From Candidatus Spongiisociaceae bacterium (GTDB taxonomy: Bacteria; Actinomycetota; Acidimicrobiia; Spongiisociales; Spongiisociaceae): a DNA stretch of 64,000 bases. The notes under the pieces are model-generated. The model had not been told where the DNA came from. It saw only the letters and a program-made list of their open reading frames with translations, and made no database searches. The position numbers and the translations under genes were made by a program. Within the stretch, counting starts at the first letter, position 1. Each line of letters begins with the position of its first letter. The stretch lies in the NCBI GenBank assembly GCA_965262915.1, contig OZ253564.1, forward strand, positions 1,248,001 to 1,312,000. The letters run 5' to 3'. Positions 51,385 through 60,987 of this stretch are shown piece after piece.

Positions 51385-52386
51385 ATGGATGTGTCCGAGT
51401 CCACCGCGGCTGGGTTGCCGGACCCATGCGCCGCGCCCCTCCAGGTGCTCGCGCTCGACGGCGGGGGACTACGCGGGATCTTCACGGCGGCAACGTTGGC
51501 GGCGTGGGAGGAAGACTTCGGCACGTCGATCGCTGATCACTTCGATCTGATCGTCGGGACCTCGACCGGCGGCGTTATTGCGCTCGCGCTAGGGCTCGGC
51601 GTGTCCCCGGCCGAGATCCTGTCGATCTATGTCGATCACGGCGACCGTATCTTCCCGCCAGCGCAGCGAACGCGTCGCGGATTGTGGCGACGGCTTCGAC
51701 GACCTCGATACAGCGCTATCGACCTGCGCGCGGTGTTGCAGGACTGCTTTGGCAATCAGATTCTCGGGGACTCGCGAGTGCGGCTCGCCATTCCAAGCTA
51801 CGACCTGGCCGCTGATCACGTCCACCTCTTTCGCACCCCGCACCATCCAGATCTCCGACGCGACTGGCGAGTGCCGGTCGTCGACGTCGCGTTGGCCACC
51901 ACAGCAGCACCGACATTCCTCCCCGCCCATCGGATGGATGCGCACCGTCTGATCGATGGTGGTGTATGGGCTCACAACCCCACGCTGGTAGGCGTGGCGG
52001 AATGCTTCGATCGCCTCGGGGGAGAACGCGGCCGCATCCGTGTTCTCAGTGTGGGTACTACAAGCGAGATCCGCGAACGGCGACCCGCCCTCGACAACGG
52101 AGGACTCCTCGCATGGCGCTCTGACGGTCTCGATGTGATGCTGCGGGGCCAATGCCTCGCGGCAACTAACCACGCCCGCCTCATTCTCGGGCGACACAAC
52201 GTGGTGCGGGTGGACGTGTCGACCCCCGAAGGCCTCCACACTCTTGACTTGGTGACCACACAGGACCTGATCGGACGCGCCCACGCAGAAAGCCGCACCC
52301 GGTCGCCAGCGCTGGCAGATCTCCTCAAGCATTCCCCCTCAAAGTACGACCCCTTCTATTGCAAGGAGCATCCCCATGGCCAATGA
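51385..52386 (+). CDS. capV: CBASS patatin-like phospholipase effector
   Basis: LALDGGGLRG, GTSTGG, AAPTF, IDGGV; directly upstream of the CD-NTase. Confidence 0.88.
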   Translation: MDVSESTAAGLPDPCAAPLQVLALDGGGLRGIFTAATLAAWEEDFGTSIADHFDLIVGTSTGGVIALALGLGVSPAEILSIYVDHGDRIFPPAQRTRRGLWRRLRRPRYSAIDLRAVLQDCFGNQILGDSRVRLAIPSYDLAADHVHLFRTPHHPDLRRDWRVPVVDVALATTAAPTFLPAHRMDAHRLIDGGVWAHNPTLVGVAECFDRLGGERGRIRVLSVGTTSEIRERRPALDNGGLLAWRSDGLDVMLRGQCLAATNHARLILGRHNVVRVDVSTPEGLHTLDLVTTQDLIGRAHAESRTRSPALADLLKHSPSKYDPFYCKEHPHGQ

Positions 52387-53506
52387 CGACCTCCGGTTGA
52401 TCTCGCAACTGCTCGGCGCCTCGGTCGAGGTGCTCGACATCTCAGCCGAGCAGTACGAACTCGCAGTGTGTCGGTACGAAGACCTCGGCCAGTGGCTCGT
52501 CACGCAAGGCATCGGCGATCCCGACGTGTACCCACAGGGCTCGTTCCGGCTGGGAACGGTCGTGCGGCCAACCAACAGCAGCGACTTCGATATCGACCTT
52601 GTCTTCCTCCGGTCCCTGGCCAAGGAGTCGATCACCCAGAAGGAACTCCGCTCCCAGGCGGGGAAGCTGCTGCGGGCCTACATCGCCACTCGCGGAGACG
52701 AGAACGGGAACCCGGGGTTGGAGGAGAAAAGCCGCTGCTGGACACTTGTCTATACCAACGACAAGTTCCACATGGACGTGCTACCGGTCATCCCCGATCC
52801 CGACGGCGACGACACTGCCATCCTGCTCTCCGATCGTGACCTGTTCCAGTGGCAACACAGCAACCCGATCGGATACGCCGACTGGTTCTGGAGATCCATG
52901 GGAGACGCCGTTGAGATCGGCAGAGCCCAACTGGCCACGACCCTCAGCCGAGACGTCGAAGACGTCCCCCGGTGGCTGGTGCGGACCACGCTGCAGCGTG
53001 TTGTCCAACTCCTCAAGCTGCACCGCGACACCTTCTTCCGCAACCAGCCCCGAGACAAGCCCGCCTCCATTCTCATCACGACTCTGGCAACTCACGCGTA
53101 CAGCGGCGAGAGCGACCTATACGAGGCGTACCGGAAGATCGCGTACAACCTCCCCTCCCATATCGAACGGCGCAACCGCAAGTTCTGGGTTCCGAACCCA
53201 GCCCACGAGGAGGAAAACTTTGCAGACAAGTGGAACACGAACCCGGCCCGTAAAGCGCACTTTGATCGGTGGGCTCAGGCCCTGACCGCCGATGCCGACC
53301 GGTGGATCGGCAGCGCCGGCGTCGACGAAGCGGTGCGGTCACTCGGCGCTGCACTTGGAAGTGCGCCGGTGCAAGCGGGAGCGAAGCGCGTAGCGACGAG
53401 ACTTTCCTCCGCCACAGCAAGCGGCGCCCTCGCCGTCACCCAGCGCGGGAGGTTGACTCAGGGGCGGGGCACCGAGATCCCGCGCCACGACTTCCATGGC
53501 CAGTAA
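52376..53506 (+). CDS. CBASS cGAS/DncV-like nucleotidyltransferase
   Basis: PQGSFRLGT, DFDIDL, HMDVLP, SNPIGY, NP...ENFADKW; ends FHGQ. Confidence 0.92.
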   Translation: MANDDLRLISQLLGASVEVLDISAEQYELAVCRYEDLGQWLVTQGIGDPDVYPQGSFRLGTVVRPTNSSDFDIDLVFLRSLAKESITQKELRSQAGKLLRAYIATRGDENGNPGLEEKSRCWTLVYTNDKFHMDVLPVIPDPDGDDTAILLSDRDLFQWQHSNPIGYADWFWRSMGDAVEIGRAQLATTLSRDVEDVPRWLVRTTLQRVVQLLKLHRDTFFRNQPRDKPASILITTLATHAYSGESDLYEAYRKIAYNLPSHIERRNRKFWVPNPAHEEENFADKWNTNPARKAHFDRWAQALTADADRWIGSAGVDEAVRSLGAALGSAPVQAGAKRVATRLSSATASGALAVTQRGRLTQGRGTEIPRHDFHGQ

Positions 53507-53966
53507 CCGCCTACCCGGACTCTTTCGCGAGATCAAGCTACTTCGTAGCCACTATCCCGACGGGACTACGAAGCTGAAGGCGGGAACGCTGCAATGGACT
53601 GGTGAACTCCAGCCGAGTGAGATCAGCAACCTATACCTCGTGGTTCTAAGATACGCGCCGCCGAAGCACCCTCACATCATCGTACGGAAGCCCCAGTTGG
53701 TTGCCGATGCCGACGGCCACCTACCCCACAGCTACCACAACGGCAGCCTCTGTCTCTACAAACCCGGCCAGTGGGAACATGGCGATCGACTCGCTACCAC
53801 GATCCTGCCTTGGACGTGTGAGTGGCTGCTCCACTACGAGTTCTGGCGCGCAACCGGGGAGTGGTGTGGGAGTGGCGGCGACCACGCCGGTCCGGTCAAC
53901 CGGCCCAAGCACCACTCCGGGCGTCGGGGTAAGACTCGCGCCGGGCGTCGGATCGTTGCGAACTGA
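53496..53966 (+). CDS. Stand-alone bacterial E2-like protein (short type II CBASS)
   Basis: LPHSY...SLCLY...TILPWTCEWLLHYEFW..TGEW.G; overlaps the CD-NTase stop. Confidence 0.8.
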   Translation: MASNRLPGLFREIKLLRSHYPDGTTKLKAGTLQWTGELQPSEISNLYLVVLRYAPPKHPHIIVRKPQLVADADGHLPHSYHNGSLCLYKPGQWEHGDRLATTILPWTCEWLLHYEFWRATGEWCGSGGDHAGPVNRPKHHSGRRGKTRAGRRIVAN

Positions 53967-54216
53967 CTTCCCGCTACCCGCGATCACCTGACGGGCCGGG
54001 ACGCCCACTCGGCCCGCCCTAGAGGAGCCAGCAGGCTACGTGGGAAACATCGCAGTACCGCCACCGAGGTCCGACACCACCGCCCCCAGACAGAACGCGT
54101 AGCTGCGTCGGGCGTTTGGGGATAGCGGTTTGGCAGCGAGGAATTGTTCAACAGCGCGGTCCAGAGACGGCACCCTATCCGGGAGAAGAACAGGCTCAGC
54201 CACCCCAGGACCTTCC

Positions 54217-54323
54217 TTAGGAGAGATAACAGGCAGGGTTCACCGGAGGGGACGGTAACCGCTCCCCCAGCGTGTTCGGGGTTTCGTTCCGTTGTTAGGA
54301 GAGATAATGGGCCAATATCTCTC
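54217..54323. promoter_or_regulatory. Putative tyrosine-recombinase site: direct repeat plus inverted core
   Basis: TTAGGAGAGATAA at 54217 and 54295; inverted GAGAGATA...TATCTCTC at 54299-54323. Confidence 0.4.
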
Positions 54324-54396
54324 GTTTGGCACAGGCGAACCCTACCCACGGGCTTCCGGGCACCATCCGATGTGTGCCCTAGTCAAACCCGCCAGC

Positions 54397-54530
54397 GGAT
54401 GGACACTCCACCAACTACGACACTCGGCCCTCACCCACCTCGGCGAGCAAGTTGCCTCCGCTGTCCTACCCCAAGCCAAAAGCCGCCACTACGACCTTCG
54501 CGCCCTCACCCAATACACCACACCTGGCAA
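54397..54530 (+). pseudogene. Tyrosine recombinase C-terminal remnant
   Basis: GWTLHQLRHSALTHLGE...AKSRHYDLRALTQYTTPG, homologous to the end of 4153-5033. Confidence 0.8.
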
Positions 54531-54615
54531 GAAGCGGTCGCCGTTTTCACCGCACAGTTCGACCCAGGAGGCGATACCCCATGAGCCATCACACTCCAGA
54601 AACCTGAGGAAGGCG

Positions 54616-55396
54616 TTAGAGAGTTGCTGCTCGGTTGTCCTTGGCGCGATGTGGGACTGATCGGAATCCGAAGCCGATTAGGTCGCCCGCCTCCTCAACC
54701 GCAGCCCACGGATCGCATGCCTTGAGTTGCAGCAGGAAGCCGCCGTTGTGGCGCAGCATCGCTGTGGGCGCGTTCTGTGACAGCCACCGTGTCGTTGCCG
54801 CGGCGTCTAACCACTCCGGTGGCATCTGTTGGCCGTGCCGTGCGAGGGCGATGAACGGCACGAGAACATCCCAGAGGCGAGGTTGACGGCGTGCGACCTC
54901 TTCGGCCTTCGCCGAACACTTCCGCGAGGCTTGCCGGGTTTCTCCTTTTCGCAAGCCATGTCACCCAGCGGTGAAGGTAATCGGGGCTGAAACCCAACCC
55001 CAATAGGTGGCCTGCGAGGGTCCTTGACGCCTCCTCCGGTGCGAGCGCCTCGGGCTCGGAGGATAGGACTTGGCTCCAGTGAGCGAGGTAGTCCGTCGTG
55101 ATGCCTGAGAGAAGGTCATCTGGTTGATGTCGGGCGATCGGGCTTCTAGGCGACTCCTGCAGTTTGCGGAGTGTGGCGGTCAGGGCCGACCGAACCGCCG
55201 ACGGCCCCAGACCGAGATCTGGACCCGATCTGCGCTGCGCCATTCGTGCCAACTCTTTGACGGTCGCGGCGCGGTGGCCACTGGCAAGCAGGTCGACAGC
55301 CTCAAGGGTCTCCTGCAAGACAGTGACAGTCCCGGGGTTCCAGAGCCGCCGCTGCCAATTGGTGCGCCGCCCGAAGTAGTCGAGCAGTCGTGCCAT
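54616..55396 (-). pseudogene. Frameshifted, truncated hypothetical protein
   Basis: Protein-like sequence shifts frame near 54910 (SLAEVFGE to EVARRQPRLWDVLVPF) and decays near 54660. Confidence 0.5.
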
Positions 55397-55466
55397 GACC
55401 AGAGCGGGCGCATTCTGAGCATCTCCTGTGCTCTAATCTGCTGCAGGATTCATATCCGACTTCTAT

Positions 55467-55510
55467 CCGGGGAGAGCCGCCCTCCGGGGCCGCTCTCCCC
55501 GGCTACTTTT
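55467..55510 (+). terminator. Intrinsic terminator-like hairpin near the island edge
   Basis: CCGGGGAGAGC...GCTCTCCCCGG stem followed by CTACTTTT. Confidence 0.45.
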
Positions 55511-55810
55511 CCTCGCGCCGAGCGGCCCCAGTGCCGTGATCGTGGGTTGTCGCGGCCTACCGGGGAGGAGCAACCAGTAGCTTGGCAACTGTCCACGAGG
55601 GCTTCCCTTTCTGAGTCGTAGACTTCTTTCACCCACAACTCAACCAGGTACGCCCTCAAATCAAGTGTCAATAACGTCCAAGGGAAATACCGCTTGTGGC
55701 TAGTGGCTAGATCAGCCTGTAATAGTAGTAAGTGGGGTACAACGACCACTGACCACTGACCAGCGGCTCCGCTGGTACCCTCGGATCCCTCGTGGAACCG
55801 GTGGTGTGAC

Positions 55811-56218
55811 GTGGACCTTGAACTGACAGCAGCGATCGAGAAGATCCACACTCCCGCCGGATGGGTGCATCTGGCCACGATCGGCCCGGACGGCAGCCCG
55901 CACGTGGCGCCGATGATGATGGCGGTGGGTGACGGGGTTCTGCTGTTCAGCCTCACCGGCAAGCAGAAGAAACGCAATCTCGAGCGCGACCCGCGCGCGA
56001 CGGTGTCGCTGGCAGAGGCCGGTACCCTCGGCCACGTGATTGCCTGGGGCTCCATCGAGATGCGCCACGATGACGAAGCCCAAGTCCTCTGGGAGGGCAT
56101 GATCAAGAACGCTTTCGGCGAGTCCGGACTGGTGAACCGGGATCGCCGGTTGAGCCTGGACGGAACGAGCCTCGGTGTGATGACCGTTTCGCGGCACAGG
56201 ATCTACGGAATCACGTGA
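55811..56218 (+). CDS. Pyridoxamine 5'-phosphate oxidase-like (PPOX/F420) protein
   Basis: LATIGPDGSPHVAP and KKRNLERDPRATVS. Confidence 0.85.
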   Translation: MDLELTAAIEKIHTPAGWVHLATIGPDGSPHVAPMMMAVGDGVLLFSLTGKQKKRNLERDPRATVSLAEAGTLGHVIAWGSIEMRHDDEAQVLWEGMIKNAFGESGLVNRDRRLSLDGTSLGVMTVSRHRIYGIT

Positions 56219-57021
56219 CCGCCGCAGTGCGCCGGGCGTATTCGGATTACCGGCACGGGCAACTGCACTATCGGATAGCAGGTTCGAGGGAATCCGACCG
56301 TACCCCCCTGATGTGTTTCCACCTCAGTCCCGTGTCGGGATTGGTCTACGAGCGACTGCTCGCCGAGATGGGCAAGGATCGGCTGGCTGTCGCGCCGGAC
56401 AATCCCGGTTTCGGCGGTTCGGATCCTCCGGACTCACCCCCCACCATCGGCGGTTACGCGGCGGTGATGGGGGAGTTCGCCGATTGGTTGGAGATCGGAT
56501 CGGTAGATGTGATCGGTTACCACACCGGCGCCAAGATCGGTATCGAACTGTCGCTGCAACGACCCGAGTTGGTGCGCAAGCTGGTGTTGGTGTCGACGCC
56601 GGTGTACACCGAGGAGGAACTGGCCCGCCAGCATGCAACGCTGGGGAAACCTAGCTGGTTCGACGAGAAGGGTGGCCACTTGCTCGAGGTGTGGGACGGG
56701 CACTGGGAGTGGCGCGGCCCTGGCCAGACCATCGAGATGGTTCACGAGACGGTCGCAGAAGTGTTCCGGGCCGGAAGCCGGGCCTGGTGGGGTCATCGGG
56801 CGGCCTTCGAATACCAGATGGGCGACCGGCTTCCGCTTGTCACCCACCCGACGCTGGTGCTGTGCCCGCACGACGACCTCCTCGAGCCCACCAGACGTTC
56901 GGAACCGCTGATCCGCAACGGACGACTCCTCGAACTACCGGATCGGGGCCACGGCATGATGGACGTACATACAGAGGAGTTCGCCTCCATACTCAGGGGT
57001 TTTCTCGACGAGGACTGCTGA
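56215..57021 (+). CDS. Alpha/beta hydrolase
   Basis: APDNPGFGGSD, GYHTG elbow, PTLVL, GHG. Confidence 0.88.
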   Translation: MTAAVRRAYSDYRHGQLHYRIAGSRESDRTPLMCFHLSPVSGLVYERLLAEMGKDRLAVAPDNPGFGGSDPPDSPPTIGGYAAVMGEFADWLEIGSVDVIGYHTGAKIGIELSLQRPELVRKLVLVSTPVYTEEELARQHATLGKPSWFDEKGGHLLEVWDGHWEWRGPGQTIEMVHETVAEVFRAGSRAWWGHRAAFEYQMGDRLPLVTHPTLVLCPHDDLLEPTRRSEPLIRNGRLLELPDRGHGMMDVHTEEFASILRGFLDEDC

Positions 57022-57106
57022 CGGCACGGCCTTCGGTCTTGCACATCGTCGTGCCCGTCTTCACCTGTCCGGATATACCGTGCAATCCGCGTATATATCC
57101 AGCGAT

Positions 57107-57301
57107 GTGGGAAAGCACTTGGTAGACATAGATGAGAAGGCATTGAGCGCGGCGCGTGCCGAGATGGGAACGGCAACGATCAAGAAAACGGTGAACAGGG
57201 CGCTTCGCCTCGCTACCTCCGGCCGTGACTCCCGGGTAGCCAGGGCTCTCGATGTCCTTGCTGATGCCGAGTACCAGGAACGTTCCCAGGCGTGGCGTTG
57301 A
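57107..57301 (+). CDS. vapB: VapB antitoxin
   Basis: LVDIDEKAL..AR...GT.TIKKTVNRALR; overlaps the PIN gene. Confidence 0.82.
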   Translation: MGKHLVDIDEKALSAARAEMGTATIKKTVNRALRLATSGRDSRVARALDVLADAEYQERSQAWR

Positions 57302-57705
57302 GCCATCTCCTGGATACAAGCGTATTGACCCGCCTCAACCAGCCCTCGGTGAGAGCGGTGATTGAACCACTGATCGCCAGTGGCCAAGCGGCTCGTGCCG
57401 CCATAAGCGATCTGGAGATCGGCTTCGCGGCACGCAACGACACCGAATGGGATAGACGCATGCGCGCGCTTGAGGTTCTTGCACCGGTCGAGACATCGGC
57501 CCGGCACGTTCGGAGGGCACGGCAAGTCCAGCGCATGCTGGCCGCCAGGAGTCAGAGGGGCCGCAAGATTCCCGATCTGCTGGTAGCGGCCGCAGCAGAA
57601 CAGGTGGGTTATACGGTGTTGCATTACGACCGAGACTTCGACCTGATCTCCTCGGTTACCGGACAATCCTCCGAGTGGGTAGTCCCCCCGGGGAGCATTG
57701 ACTAG
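57292..57705 (+). CDS. vapC: VapC PIN-domain toxin
   Basis: LLDTSV, LEI, PDLLVAAAA, LHYDRDFD. Confidence 0.92.
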   Translation: MALSHLLDTSVLTRLNQPSVRAVIEPLIASGQAARAAISDLEIGFAARNDTEWDRRMRALEVLAPVETSARHVRRARQVQRMLAARSQRGRKIPDLLVAAAAEQVGYTVLHYDRDFDLISSVTGQSSEWVVPPGSID

Positions 57706-57725
57706 ATGTCGTATAGCATCCGCAC

Positions 57726-57977
57726 ATGACCTTCATCATCACCGAGGCCTGTATCGACGAGAAGGACGCCTCGTGTGTCGACGTGTGTCCGGTGGACTGC
57801 ATCCACGAGGGTGAGGACCAGTTCTACATCGACCCCATCGAGTGCGTCGACTGCTACGCGTGCGTGCCGGTGTGCCCGGTGAAGGCGATCTATCCGGAGG
57901 ACGAGGTACCGGAGCGCTACGCCGCATACATCGACAGTAACTACCTGTATTTCGGCGTAACGCCACCCGGCCGCTGA
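57726..57977 (+). CDS. fdxA: Dicluster ferredoxin
   Basis: CIDEKDASCVDVCPVDC and CVDCYACVPVCP. Confidence 0.9.
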   Translation: MTFIITEACIDEKDASCVDVCPVDCIHEGEDQFYIDPIECVDCYACVPVCPVKAIYPEDEVPERYAAYIDSNYLYFGVTPPGR

Positions 57978-57987
57978 ACGGCTCGCG

Positions 57988-58701
57988 GTGAAGCACAGGA
58001 CGGTCACGGGCCGGATCACCTACCGGCGTTTCGACGGCCGGGTCCGCGGGCACGAGAGCTTCCACCTCACCGTACATACCGGCGGCGACCGCACCATCAG
58101 GGCAGTGTCGGAGATCTACGACACGGGCATCCTCCGGGATGTCACCTACACGGTCGACCGGCGTTGGCAGCCGAAGGACGCGGCGATCCGGCTCCGGATA
58201 CAGGACGAGTTCGTGGGGTCGAGTTGGTTCCGTTTCGACGGTCGGCATGCCGAGTGCGAGGCGTTCCTTGCGGACGGGGGTCGGATAAGCCAGCAGATGC
58301 TCCTGGACGTGCCCCCGTCTAGCTTCAACCCCCATCCGGTACAGCTGGATATGTGGCACTTCGGGCCTTACCGCCCCGGTGCCGGACGGGTACAGACCAT
58401 CAAGGTACTGACGGCCTCGCCACTTCACGACGGCGCATCCGGACCCCTGCTTACCGCCCTCGACCTACCCATCGAATACATAGGGCCGGAGAGGATCACG
58501 GTCGAGGCGGGCACCTTCGACACCCATTACTTCCGGTTCCTCCACGCAGTCGACTGGCCTCCCCAGGACGCGTGGTGCTACGGGGATGACCTGATCCTCG
58601 TACGGATGGACTGGAAGCTGACGGGAACCAGGTACGAGTTGGTCGAACTCGCCCAGGAGCGTGGTGTGAAACCCTTCACGGCCCGTCGACCGATGACATA
58701 A
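57988..58701 (+). CDS. Hypothetical protein (paralog of 59702-60409)
   Basis: Shares RDVTYTVD, WFRF, AECE, GRISQ, PHPV and TVEAGTF with the paralog. Confidence 0.8.
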   Translation: MKHRTVTGRITYRRFDGRVRGHESFHLTVHTGGDRTIRAVSEIYDTGILRDVTYTVDRRWQPKDAAIRLRIQDEFVGSSWFRFDGRHAECEAFLADGGRISQQMLLDVPPSSFNPHPVQLDMWHFGPYRPGAGRVQTIKVLTASPLHDGASGPLLTALDLPIEYIGPERITVEAGTFDTHYFRFLHAVDWPPQDAWCYGDDLILVRMDWKLTGTRYELVELAQERGVKPFTARRPMT

Positions 58702-58769
58702 TACCTGTTCAGAGGAAGACGGGCCCGCTGCTCTCCACCGTTTTGGGCCACCCCCCTAACCGCGGACGG

Positions 58770-59705
58770 TCAGGGTCCTAGGACCAAGGGCAGATCGGGG
58801 TCACGAGCCCACTCGGTCATCGAACCGTCGTACACGGCCACATCCTCACGGCCGAGAAGGAGCAGGGCGAAGGCATCAGTAGTAGCGGAGATCCCCCCAC
58901 CGCAGTAGGTGATGATCCGCTCCGACTCCAGTACCCCCGCCTGTTCGAAGTGGGCGCCCAGTTCGTCGGCCGGCTTGAAGGTGCGGTCATGGCGATCCGT
59001 CAGGTCTGCTGCGTAGACGTTCACGCTACCTTTGATGTGTCCGCGCCGGTGATAGTTCGGTACGAACTTCTCACCGGTGTGAACGGCAGGAGGGAGCGCG
59101 TTGACGAGGCATGTCCCAGGATCGTCCAAGGCGTCCAAAACCTCCTCCCGGCCCACGATGAGCCCGGTGTGTGGGACGGCGACGAACCGAGCGGGGGGGA
59201 AGGGCACAGTGTCGGTAGTCAGCGGTCGATCCTCCCGGCTCCACTTGTCGAACCCGCCGTTGAGAACCCGGACGTTGTCGAACCCGAACGCGCGGAACAT
59301 GAAGAAGAGGCGGGTCGCCCAGTAGTTTATGCCCCGGCTGTAGAGGACGACATCGTGTTCGTTACCGACGCCCCGATCGGACATCACCCGGGCGAACTGT
59401 TCCGCAGGCGGAAGCATGAACTTCAGATGCGGGTGGTCGTCGGCGAGTTCGTCGGACAGGTCCACATAGACGGAGCCCGGGATATGTGCCTCCACCCAGG
59501 CATCCGAGCCGGACCGGACGGTGTATCCACCGTCCGCCAGGCGATCCAGGAAGATGTTGCAGTCTATGATCCGCAGGCCCGGATCCCCGAGCCTCACCTC
59601 GAGTTCGTCGGTCTCGATTATGAGCTCGGGCCGCGCATAGCCATACGGACAGGGATCCGGCGCGGAGCTTCGTTCGCTTCGCTCGGGTCGGATCGTCTTG
59701 TTCAT
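58770..59705 (-). CDS. Tandem-domain rhodanese / sulfurtransferase
   Basis: HIPGS, VLNGG, GHIKGS, YCGGGIS, YDGSMTEW. Confidence 0.92.
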   Translation of the reverse strand: MNKTIRPERSERSSAPDPCPYGYARPELIIETDELEVRLGDPGLRIIDCNIFLDRLADGGYTVRSGSDAWVEAHIPGSVYVDLSDELADDHPHLKFMLPPAEQFARVMSDRGVGNEHDVVLYSRGINYWATRLFFMFRAFGFDNVRVLNGGFDKWSREDRPLTTDTVPFPPARFVAVPHTGLIVGREEVLDALDDPGTCLVNALPPAVHTGEKFVPNYHRRGHIKGSVNVYAADLTDRHDRTFKPADELGAHFEQAGVLESERIITYCGGGISATTDAFALLLLGREDVAVYDGSMTEWARDPDLPLVLGP

Positions 59706-60409
59706 CCTTCCAGATCCACGAGTTCATAGGTGGTGGCCATTACGTCGAATCGGACCTTGACGATGATCAGATCCTCCGGCAGGCACCAGATGTCCTCCGG
59801 TATCGACTCCTCTCCGAGGAGGAAGCGGAAGTGATCAGTCTCGAAGGTACCGGCTTCCACGGTGACCGTTTCCGGTCCCACGTATTCGATCCGGAACTCG
59901 TCGGTGCTCACCCCGCCGGTCTCCAGCACCGTCCTGCTCAGGAACGGGCCCGACGCGCCATCCGGCCGGGGAGAGCTCATCAACGTCCCCTTGATGGTCT
60001 GGATCCTGATCCCGCTGTCCATGTCGAAGGCGCCTATGTGCCACACATCGCACGCCACCGGATGCGGACCGAAGGATGGCGGGAGTCCGTTCAGCTTCAT
60101 CCGCTGGGAAATGCGCCCGGCATCCGCGGTGTAGGTCTCGCACTCCGCGTACTCGCCGGTGAAACGGAACCAGCCGCTTCCCATGAACTCGTCGTTCTCG
60201 GTCAACCGGACGAAGGCATCCACGGGCTGCCAATTGTCGTCGACGGTGTAGGTGACATCGCGTACCAGACCGGTGTTGAGGACCTCCACGAAGGAACGGA
60301 TCGTCCGATGACCGCCGCCATGCTTGGTGACGGTGAACCACTCACGGCCCCGTTCTCCCAACGTGTCACTCCGGTACACGACCTTGCCACGATAGGTCTC
60401 GTGCTTCAT
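59702..60409 (-). CDS. Hypothetical protein (paralog of 57988-58701)
   Basis: Full-length similarity to the paralog; 4-nt overlaps with both neighbours. Confidence 0.8.
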   Translation of the reverse strand: MKHETYRGKVVYRSDTLGERGREWFTVTKHGGGHRTIRSFVEVLNTGLVRDVTYTVDDNWQPVDAFVRLTENDEFMGSGWFRFTGEYAECETYTADAGRISQRMKLNGLPPSFGPHPVACDVWHIGAFDMDSGIRIQTIKGTLMSSPRPDGASGPFLSRTVLETGGVSTDEFRIEYVGPETVTVEAGTFETDHFRFLLGEESIPEDIWCLPEDLIIVKVRFDVMATTYELVDLEG

Positions 60410-60987
60410 GAGGTCTCCTTGGTTCGGCGTTCGATGAGTTCGATCTTCTCGCCCAGGTCACCGGAGAACACGGCGCACCTTCCCCCGTTGTAAGGGGGTA
60501 TGTCGACGCTGGATACCGGGCCCACGGTCGGGTATCCGGCGTTCTCCATGGACTCTACGGCGGCATCGAAGCTGCTCGTGTAGAAGGAGAGGAGACCGAA
60601 CCCGGGTGGAAGTTCGTTCGCCGGATGGGTTCGCATGGGACGGTCGGCAGGGAATCGGTCCACTTCCACCCTTGTCCGACCCTGCGGCGCCAGAACGGTG
60701 AACTCGTAGACGTGGTCGAGCGGTAGGCCGGCCTGCCTCGAGATCATCCCGACCGCGGCCTCGAATCTCCAGGCAGGGTTCATCCCCAGCCCCCGTATGT
60801 AAGGCGTGAGCTGTGTGTCCGGGTCGGAGATCCCCCAAGCCCGGGCTAGAGGCAGACCCAGCCGCCCCTCGTGACGTAACTCGTATCCGAACAGACATCG
60901 GTACGCTGCCACGGAATCGCCCATCGCGCCTTCAGGGACTGTGACCGTTCCCGTTGCCAGGTCATGTACCAGTGGTCGCAGCGTCAT
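60406..60987 (-). CDS. VOC/glyoxalase-like protein
   Basis: AGGAGG RBS before ATG 60987; YRCLFGY, LPPG..LLSF and GDLGEKIELIE. Confidence 0.65.
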   Translation of the reverse strand: MTLRPLVHDLATGTVTVPEGAMGDSVAAYRCLFGYELRHEGRLGLPLARAWGISDPDTQLTPYIRGLGMNPAWRFEAAVGMISRQAGLPLDHVYEFTVLAPQGRTRVEVDRFPADRPMRTHPANELPPGFGLLSFYTSSFDAAVESMENAGYPTVGPVSSVDIPPYNGGRCAVFSGDLGEKIELIERRTKETS

